A DNA stretch of 35,322 nucleotides, taken from assembly GCA_947625365.1 (NCBI GenBank), contig CANQNZ010000001.1, forward strand, positions 1 to 35,322. Direction: 5' to 3'. The DNA is from an uncultured Bacilli bacterium. GTDB taxonomy: Bacteria; Bacillota_I; Bacilli_A; RF39; UBA660. A program made the position numbers and the translations under genes. Positions within the stretch are counted from its first letter, which is position 1, and every line of letters starts with the position of its first letter. Positions 25,993 through 31,516 of this stretch are shown piece by piece. Below the pieces are notes generated by a model. It made no database searches. It saw nothing but the letters and a program-made list of their open reading frames with translations, and had not been told where the DNA came from.

Positions 25993-26401
25993 TAAGTGGC
26001 CTAGAAATAATTATACAGGCCCAGGAGGCGGACTATATACAGGCCCAGGAGGTGGATTATATACGGGTCCAGGAGGTGGTGCATCTACAGGCCCAGGAGG
26101 TGGATTATATACAGGTCCAGGAGGTGGATTATATACAGGCCCGGGAGGCGGACTATATACAGGCCCAGGAGGTGGATTATAAACAGGTCCGGGAGGTGGA
26201 TTATATACGGGTCCAGGAGGTGGACTATATACAGGTCCAGGAGGTGGATTATACACCGGTCCAAGTGGCGGAGCATATAATGGCCCGGGAGAATCATATA
26301 TGAGTAATATTCCGCCATGGCCAGTATTTGTAAAAGAATTAGAAAAAAGAGGTTATAAAAAAGAGGCAGATTTAATTAAAAAATATCATAAATGTGATTA
26401 G
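25982..26401 (+). pseudogene. Gly/Pro/Tyr-rich repeat protein (YTGPGGGL x11) with a 40-aa non-repeat C-terminal tail; reading frame interrupted by one in-frame TAA at 26180-26182
   Basis: GAGGAGG Shine-Dalgarno sequence 8 nt upstream. The ATG at 25982 overlaps the Fic gene stop by 11 nt. The same frame continues after the TAA through four more repeat units to ...[30 protein letters not shown] and a TAG at 26399-26401. As written, it yields a 66-aa product. Confidence 0.6.
26012..26275 (+). repeat. Tandem 24-nt coding repeat, 11 units (plus a degenerate 12th)
   Basis: Unit consensus tatacaggYccaggaggtggaYta. Units 2 and 7 are identical, as are units 5 and 10. Local GC is about 50%, against about 30% in the flanks. 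Confidence 0.95.
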
Positions 26402-26449
26402 AAAATGTTGTTATCATTAATCTTTTTATGTTGTAATAATCAAGAGTAA

Positions 26450-26507
26450 TCGATATTCTAGATATAGCTTTGAAGTTGAAATTTTAGAAAGAATATTACA
26501 TCGTTAA
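26450..26507 (+). repeat. Direct repeat, right copy (attR-like); orphan 3' fragment of the kinase-like gene
   Basis: 57/58 match to 24113-24170. In the cognate frame, the nearest upstream in-frame stop is at 26418-26420 and there is no start codon. Confidence 0.9.
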
Positions 26508-26513
26508 AAAAGA

Positions 26514-26542
26514 TTGAATATTTAGCTTTTATCGCATATAAT
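26514..26542 (+). promoter_or_regulatory. Sigma-A type promoter of the leuS leader
   Basis: TTGAAT (26514-26519), a 17-nt spacer, then TATAAT (26537-26542). Confidence 0.65.
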
Positions 26543-26548
26543 ATAGAC

Positions 26549-26741
26549 AAGCGATGAAAAAAGAGTAGTAGAATAAGAATTATTTTTAGAAAGCTAGTGG
26601 TTGATGAAAACTAGTAATAAGATTATTTGAACTTGCTTTTGGATGTGATGGGTCATCTCCCTTATGGATTTTAAGCTAGTAATACTAGGAACTTTAGGTG
26701 GTACCACGTTTAAATACGTCCTTTAGAGGATGTGTTTTTTT
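26549..26741 (+). promoter_or_regulatory. T-box riboswitch leader (tRNA-Leu responsive)
   Basis: Stem I elements GCGATGA...AGAGTAGTA, an AGAAAG bulge, and distal stem CTAGT-ggttgatgaaa-ACTAG. Candidate specifier GAA-CUU-G, with CUU (Leu) at 26632-26634. Conserved T-box sequence AGGTGGTACCACG at 26696-26708. Terminator ACGTCCT-ttag-AGGATGT plus a U-run at 26716-26741. Confidence 0.8.
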
Positions 26742-26760
26742 ATTAGAAAGAGGTTTTATA

Positions 26761-27153
26761 ATGTTATATAATTTAATATTTTTTCTAATTTTATTTGTTA
26801 TAGCTTGGATTATTTTTTCGCTCATTAATAGAGCTAAAATAAATACTAATAAGAAATACCAGATGGCGGAGGTAAAATATTTAATTAGTCGTTTTACTAT
26901 TGATAAAAAGAAAATAGATTATAAGAAGCTTATTAGATTAATTAATATAGCTAATGCTTTTATTATTTCTTTTGTTTGTACAATAATATCCGTACTACCA
27001 TTAAAGTTCTTATGGCAAATGTTAATTGGTTTTGTTTTATTATTTGTTTTAATGTTTTTATGTTATGAATTATTAGGAATATATGCAGTAAAGAAAGGTT
27101 GGAAGAAAAATGGAAAGAGATTATCAAAAAATAGAGAAAAAGTGGCAAAATAG
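26761..27153 (+). CDS. Small three-TM membrane protein (130 aa) lying between the T-box and leuS
   Basis: AGAAAGAGG Shine-Dalgarno sequence 5 nt before the ATG at 26761. Three hydrophobic helices and a Lys-rich tail. Its 3' end overlaps the leuS start by 44 nt in another frame. The track start at 26698 would lie inside the T-box terminator. Confidence 0.55.
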   Translation: MLYNLIFFLILFVIAWIIFSLINRAKINTNKKYQMAEVKYLISRFTIDKKKIDYKKLIRLINIANAFIISFVCTIISVLPLKFLWQMLIGFVLLFVLMFLCYELLGIYAVKKGWKKNGKRLSKNREKVAK

Positions 27154-29926
27154 ATGGGAAGAAAAGGGAGTTTTTAAAGCTATTAATGGTAGTGATAAAC
27201 CACCATATTATATATTAGTAGAATTTCCTTATCCATCAGGTTCTGGTTTGCATGTTGGGCATGTTCGTAGTTATACTGCCCAAGATGCTTTAGCACGAAT
27301 GAAAAGAATGCAAGGGTATAATGTGTTATATCCTATGGGTTGGGACGCTTTTGGAGCTCCAGCGGAAGGGTATGCAATAAAAAATCATATTCATCCTAAA
27401 CAAGCAGTTAAAGAAAATATAGCAACTTTTAAAAAGCAAATGCAATCTTTAGGATTTTCCTTTGATTGGGACCGAGAATTTTCAACTACTGACCCGGAAT
27501 ATTATAAATGGACTCAGTGGCAATTTTTACAATTTTATAAACATGGAATGGCTTATAAGGAAAAAGTGCCAGTAAATTGGTGCGATACATGTAAAACTGT
27601 TTTATCAAATGAAGATGCCGCTGGGGGTGTTTGTGAACGCTGTGGCAATAAAGTTGTTCAAAAAGAAAAATCACAGTGGATGCTTAAAATGGCTAGTTAT
27701 TCAGAGGATTTACTTAAAGGCTTAGATGATACTAACTTTGCCGAAAAAGTAAAACTAGGTCAAATTAACTGGATAGGTAAATCTGTGGGAGCTCATGTTG
27801 ATTTTAAAATAGCAGGTCATGATTTAACCTTTACAGTTTTTACAACGAGATGTGATACTTTATATGGTGCGACTTACTGCGTTTTAGCGCCAGAACATGA
27901 TTATGTTGATATTATTACAACTCCTGATAAAAAAGCAGAAGTCGAGGCGTATAAAAAAGCTTGTGCTTTAAAAAATGATTTAGAAAGAACCGAATTGAAT
28001 AAAGAAAAGACAGGTGTATTTACAGGAGCATATGCAATTAATCCTGTTAATAATAAAGAAATTCCTATTTATATAAGTGATTATGTTTTGGCTACTTATG
28101 GAACGGGAGCTATTATGGCAGTTCCGGCTCATGATGACCGAGACTATGAATTTGCCCAAAAATTTAATATTCCTATTATTCAAGTATTAGAAGAAGTTAC
28201 AGGCACTCCTCATGATAAAGAAGAAAAGAAAAATTCTATTGTTGCGGTAGTTTATGATGAAAAAGAAAATAAATATCTGACTTTAAATTGGGGTAAAAAA
28301 GGTGGTCGCTTATTTATTGGAGGCACTATAAAAGAGGGAGAAACACCACTGGAGTGTGCGCAAAGAGAAATTGCTGAAGAAACAGGTTTTACTTCTTTAG
28401 AGTTTGTAAAAGAATTACCGAAAATAAATCATCATTATTATGCTTATAATAAAGATAAATATTTTAATATTGAAAGTACTGGTTTCTTCTTTAAATTAAA
28501 AGCTAAGAAGCAAGTTGATTTAAATTTAGATGATGATGAAGATTTTAAAGCCGAATGGGTAAGTGAAGATGTTATCTTAAAAGAAGTTAAAGATGAGTTG
28601 CATATGAAAACATATGAATATGCGAAAAATCCAGGAGCTATGACTGGTGATGGTATTCATATTAATTCTGAGCAGTTAAATGGTTTAAATAAAGAAGAAG
28701 CTATAAATAAAATGATTGCTTGGCTTGAGAAAAATCATTGTGGTAAAAAACAAGTAAATTATAAAATGCGCGATTGGATATTCTCTCGTCAAAGATTTTG
28801 GGGGGAACCAATCCCAATGATACATTGTGAAAAATGTGGTTGGGTGCCAATGGATGAAAAAGATTTACCTTTGCTTCTTCCTGATGTGGCTGAGTATGAA
28901 CCAACTGATACAGGCGAAAGTCCTTTGGCTAAAATAACTGATTGGGTAAATACAACTTGTCCAAAATGCGGCGCTCCTGCTAAAAGAGAGACGGATACTA
29001 TGCCTAACTGGGCTGGTTCTTCATGGTATTTCTTAAGATTTATGGATGCTCATAATGATAAAGAATTTGCTTCAATGGATGCAATGAAATATTGGCAAAG
29101 AGTTGATTGGTATAACGGCGGAATGGAACATACGGCTCGTCACTTGCTTTATGCGCGTTTTTGGGTACAATTTCTATATAATATTGGCTTAGTTCCAAAT
29201 AAAGAAATGATTTGGACTAGAGTTTCTCACGGCATGGTTTTAGGTTCTAACAATGAAAAAATGAGTAAATCAAAAGGAAATGTTATTAATCCTGACGATA
29301 TAGTAAAAGAGTATGGCGCCGATACGTTACGTTTATATGAAATGTTTATGGGAAACTATGAACAGGATGCACCATGGAGTACTGACTCTTTAAAAGGCTG
29401 TAAACGTTTTATTGATAAAATCATAAGATTAAAAGATAAGGTTAATGATAAAACCGGTTACAGTAAGGATTTAGAAGCAATAATTCATAAAAGTATTAAA
29501 AAAGTAGAATACGATTTAACACACATGGCTTATAATACAGCTGTTTCGACTCTAATGATTTTAGCTAATGCATATGATGAAAAAGCTGAGCTTACTAAAG
29601 ATGAGTATCATTTATTATTAACATTATTAAATCCAATAGCTCCACATATAACTGAAGAGCTAAACGAAGAATTAGGTTATAAACCATTGACTGAAGAAGC
29701 ATGGCCGAAATACGATGAAGCTAAGCTTATAGATAGCGAAGTAGGAATAGCTATTTCAATAAATGGTAAATTACGTAATACTATTAAAGTACCTATAGAT
29801 AGTTCTAAAGAAACATTAGAAAATTTAGCTAAAAATGATGAAAAAATTCAAAAATATTTAGAAGGTAAAGAGATAGTTAAAGTTATTGTTGTACCTAATA
29901 AAATTGTTAATATAGTAGTAAAATAA
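27110..29926 (+). CDS. leuS: Leucyl-tRNA synthetase carrying an inserted Nudix-hydrolase domain
   Basis: HVGH (the HIGH motif) and KMSKS are present, along with WIGKSVGAHV, VFTTRCDT, GTGAIMAVPAHDDRDYEFA and RDWIFSRQRFWGEPIP. At 938 aa it is longer than the ~800 aa typical of Bacillus-type LeuS. The excess is a ~150-aa block (residues ~361-509) containing GGTIKEGETPLECAQREIAEETGF. Confidence 0.95.
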   Translation: MERDYQKIEKKWQNRWEEKGVFKAINGSDKPPYYILVEFPYPSGSGLHVGHVRSYTAQDALARMKRMQGYNVLYPMGWDAFGAPAEGYAIKNHIHPKQAVKENIATFKKQMQSLGFSFDWDREFSTTDPEYYKWTQWQFLQFYKHGMAYKEKVPVNWCDTCKTVLSNEDAAGGVCERCGNKVVQKEKSQWMLKMASYSEDLLKGLDDTNFAEKVKLGQINWIGKSVGAHVDFKIAGHDLTFTVFTTRCDTLYGATYCVLAPEHDYVDIITTPDKKAEVEAYKKACALKNDLERTELNKEKTGVFTGAYAINPVNNKEIPIYISDYVLATYGTGAIMAVPAHDDRDYEFAQKFNIPIIQVLEEVTGTPHDKEEKKNSIVAVVYDEKENKYLTLNWGKKGGRLFIGGTIKEGETPLECAQREIAEETGFTSLEFVKELPKINHHYYAYNKDKYFNIESTGFFFKLKAKKQVDLNLDDDEDFKAEWVSEDVILKEVKDELHMKTYEYAKNPGAMTGDGIHINSEQLNGLNKEEAINKMIAWLEKNHCGKKQVNYKMRDWIFSRQRFWGEPIPMIHCEKCGWVPMDEKDLPLLLPDVAEYEPTDTGESPLAKITDWVNTTCPKCGAPAKRETDTMPNWAGSSWYFLRFMDAHNDKEFASMDAMKYWQRVDWYNGGMEHTARHLLYARFWVQFLYNIGLVPNKEMIWTRVSHGMVLGSNNEKMSKSKGNVINPDDIVKEYGADTLRLYEMFMGNYEQDAPWSTDSLKGCKRFIDKIIRLKDKVNDKTGYSKDLEAIIHKSIKKVEYDLTHMAYNTAVSTLMILANAYDEKAELTKDEYHLLLTLLNPIAPHITEELNEELGYKPLTEEAWPKYDEAKLIDSEVGIAISINGKLRNTIKVPIDSSKETLENLAKNDEKIQKYLEGKEIVKVIVVPNKIVNIVVK

Positions 29927-29946
29927 CACCTTAGGGTGTTTTTTTG
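29925..29946 (+). terminator. Rho-independent terminator of leuS
   Basis: AACACC-ttag-GGTGTT followed by TTTTTTT. It overlaps the stop codon. Confidence 0.75.
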
Positions 29947-30017
29947 TGAACATATTATATTCATACATTCCAAAAATGTTCCTCTTACATACAATAAAAT
30001 TAGAAAGAGGGAATGAA

Positions 30018-30917
30018 ATGGAAAAAGCTTATTTTCCTATGAAATATTATAACTTAACTCAAGGTTATTTAAATAGTAGCACTCATCAAGGGACGTACGC
30101 TTTAGATACAGCGGGAAAAGATACTGGCAAAGATGAAATTTATGCTCCATTTTCTTGTAAAGTAACCAAAAAATATGTTAAAGCTGGGCATGCTTATACG
30201 GTTTGGCTTACAAGTTTAAATAAAGTTTTATGTGCTAATGGAAAAGAAGAATATTTAACTATGATGATAGTTCATCCTGAAGATATTAACAAGTTGCAAG
30301 TCGGCCAAGAATTTAAACAAGGACAGCTAGTTTGTCACGAAGGCAAGACCGGTAATGCATCTGGTAATCATTTGCATATGGAAATTGGAATAGGAACATG
30401 TGGTTGGCATAAAAATTCTCAAGGCATTTACATGATAGATAATGCTGTAAAGCCGGAAGAATATTTATTTTTAAAAAATGATACTATTGTAAAAAATGAT
30501 ATTTATAAAAATACTAAATATACTTTTAAGAAAGAAAGTGAACCAATATCAACTACTAATATTTTATATACAACAAGTGATTTAAATGAAAGAACAGGCC
30601 CGGGTACTAATTATTCAATAGTTAATAGTCTTTTAAAAAACACGGCTGTTAAAGTTTATGAAACAAAAGGAACTTGGGCGAGAATTGAACAAGGGATTTG
30701 GGTTAGCAATAATTTTTTAACAAAAACTAAACCGGCGAACCATTATAAGAGTATGGAAGTTTATAACTGTCAAACGTTAAATGTTCGTAAAAATTACAAT
30801 AATGGCGCAATTGTGGGGACGCTTCCAGTTAATGCGGTAGTTACAGTGATAGAAGTAAAAAATAATTGGACACGTATTGGACAAAATAGATGGGTTTATA
30901 ACGCTTATTTAAAATAA
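30018..30917 (+). CDS. M23-family peptidoglycan peptidase with two C-terminal SH3b-like domains, no signal peptide
   Basis: GNASGNHLHMEIG is the M23 HxH motif. Two ~65-aa repeats match SH3_3-type wall-binding modules: LNERTGPGTNYSIV...TWARIEQGIWVSNNFL and LNVRKNYNNGAIVG...NWTRIGQNRWVYNAYL. The ATG at 30018 follows AGAAAGAGGG, whereas the track start at 29946 lies inside the leuS terminator. Confidence 0.75.
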   Translation: MEKAYFPMKYYNLTQGYLNSSTHQGTYALDTAGKDTGKDEIYAPFSCKVTKKYVKAGHAYTVWLTSLNKVLCANGKEEYLTMMIVHPEDINKLQVGQEFKQGQLVCHEGKTGNASGNHLHMEIGIGTCGWHKNSQGIYMIDNAVKPEEYLFLKNDTIVKNDIYKNTKYTFKKESEPISTTNILYTTSDLNERTGPGTNYSIVNSLLKNTAVKVYETKGTWARIEQGIWVSNNFLTKTKPANHYKSMEVYNCQTLNVRKNYNNGAIVGTLPVNAVVTVIEVKNNWTRIGQNRWVYNAYLK

Positions 30918-30976
30918 ATATTGCATAAAACAATTTTAGAAGTGCTATAATATTTTTGGAAAGGAAGTGTTAAAAA

Positions 30977-31390
30977 ATGTTGTACCCAAGAAAACGTAAT
31001 TTCGATTTATTTGATGGTTTTGATGACTTTTGGGATTTTCCTAAAGAAAAAAATATCATGAGAACTGATATTAAAGATAAAGATAATCATTATTTAATCG
31101 AAATTGATTTACCAGGTTATGAAAAAAACGACATTCAAATTGAAGTAGAAGACGGTTATTTAACGGTAACAGCTTCTAAAAATGAAAACAGCGAAGACAA
31201 AGAAGAAGGCCGTTTTGTTCGTAAAGAAAGATACTTTGGCAAATGTTCTCGTAGCTTTTATGTCGGAAAAGATATTCAAACTGAAGATGTTAGCGCTTCT
31301 TTTAAAAATGGTACTTTAAAGTTAAACGTTCCGAAAAAAGACGAGAAAAAAGAATTACCAGAAAAGAAATATGTTGAAATTAGTGACTAA
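30977..31390 (+). CDS. Small heat-shock protein, Hsp20/alpha-crystallin family
   Basis: 137 aa. The alpha-crystallin core is DIKDKDNHYLIEIDLPGYEKNDIQIEVEDGYLTVTA...FKNGTLKLNVPK. Confidence 0.9.
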   Translation: MLYPRKRNFDLFDGFDDFWDFPKEKNIMRTDIKDKDNHYLIEIDLPGYEKNDIQIEVEDGYLTVTASKNENSEDKEEGRFVRKERYFGKCSRSFYVGKDIQTEDVSASFKNGTLKLNVPKKDEKKELPEKKYVEISD

Positions 31391-31403
31391 TTAGTCACTT
31401 TTT
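31382..31403 (+). terminator. Rho-independent terminator of hsp20
   Basis: Perfect palindrome AGTGACTAATTAGTCACT followed by TTTTT. It includes the stop codon. Confidence 0.7.
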
Positions 31404-31472
31404 CTTTGCCCAAAATTAGGAATATTTTTAAGCATGTGATATAATTTAGATGTAAAAATTTAAAAAATAATA

Positions 31473-31501
31473 TTGACATGTGTATTAAATACGCATATAA
31501 T
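31473..31501 (+). promoter_or_regulatory. Sigma-A consensus promoter of the Nudix-regulator operon
   Basis: TTGACA (31473-31478), a 17-nt spacer, then TATAAT (31496-31501). The spacer contains the inverted repeat GTATT-a-AATAC. Confidence 0.7.
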
Positions 31502-31516
31502 AGAATTGCGAGGTGG

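Larger units (their letters stand above)
24113..26507 (+). mobile_element. Putative integrase-less (CIME-like) inserted cassette bounded by 58-bp direct repeats
   Basis: 57/58-identical direct repeats flank 2279 bp that carries its own promoter and three coupled genes. The right-hand repeat is an orphan, startless 3' gene fragment. No recombinase gene lies inside the cassette. Confidence 0.5.

Noticed and set aside
26180-26182. TAA recoding or genetic-code reassignment as an explanation for the internal stop
   Set aside because: TAA terminates many well-defined genes in this window, including nifJ, recG, leuS, hsp20 and the Fic fusion. There is no evidence for reassignment, and no readthrough context is recognisable.
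26011-26256. Antisense ORF encoding PPPGPVY(N/S) repeats across the tandem repeat. It is uninterrupted, and the TAA change is silent in this frame.
   Set aside because: It has a GTG start with no Shine-Dalgarno sequence, no unique N- or C-terminal domain, and it ends as soon as the repeat ends. Three CTA/TTA unit differences are non-synonymous here (N/S) but silent on the + strand. The + frame has a Shine-Dalgarno sequence, an ATG, operon coupling and a unique tail. Third-codon positions coincide in the two frames, which explains why most variation looks silent in both.
26012-26275. Possible CRISPR array or non-coding satellite
   Set aside because: The units are directly abutting 24-mers with no spacers, they are in frame with a Shine-Dalgarno/ATG start, and they show a codon-position-biased substitution pattern. 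This is a coding tandem repeat.
26052-26318. Track ORFs 26052-26303 (+) and 26085-26318 (-) in other frames of the repeat
   Set aside because: They are frame artefacts of a 24-nt periodic sequence. They give QEVDYI or HLLDLYI repeats with no ribosome-binding site or flanking unique sequence.
24171-26449. Integrase, transposase or relaxase inside the cassette, or terminal inverted repeats of an IS element
   Set aside because: The three ORFs account for nearly all of the 2.28 kb, and none has recombinase motifs. The flanking repeats are direct, not inverted. The element is therefore called a non-autonomous cassette rather than an IS or a prophage.
26698-26760. Track start at 26698 for the small membrane protein
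   Set aside because: It would begin inside the conserved T-box sequence and read through the terminator stem. The ATG at 26761 has its own Shine-Dalgarno sequence.
27486-28904. Three short antisense ORFs inside leuS, and 26963-27148 opposite the small membrane ORF
   Set aside because: They are embedded opposite a highly conserved CDS and have no support.
29946-30017. GTG start at 29946 for the M23 peptidase
   Set aside because: It lies within the U-tract of the leuS terminator. A good Shine-Dalgarno sequence precedes the ATG at 30018.
30918-30976. CIRCE or other heat-shock operator upstream of hsp20
   Set aside because: No TTAGCACTC-N9-GAGTGCTAA-like inverted repeat is present. Only an extended -10 element (TGCTATAAT) could be seen.
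31478-31516. Track start codon at 31478 for the NrtR-like gene
   Set aside because: This ATG overlaps the last base of the TTGACA -35 hexamer, so the codons up to 31516 lie within the promoter and the start of the leader. The start at 31517 or 31523, after AGGTGG, is preferred.
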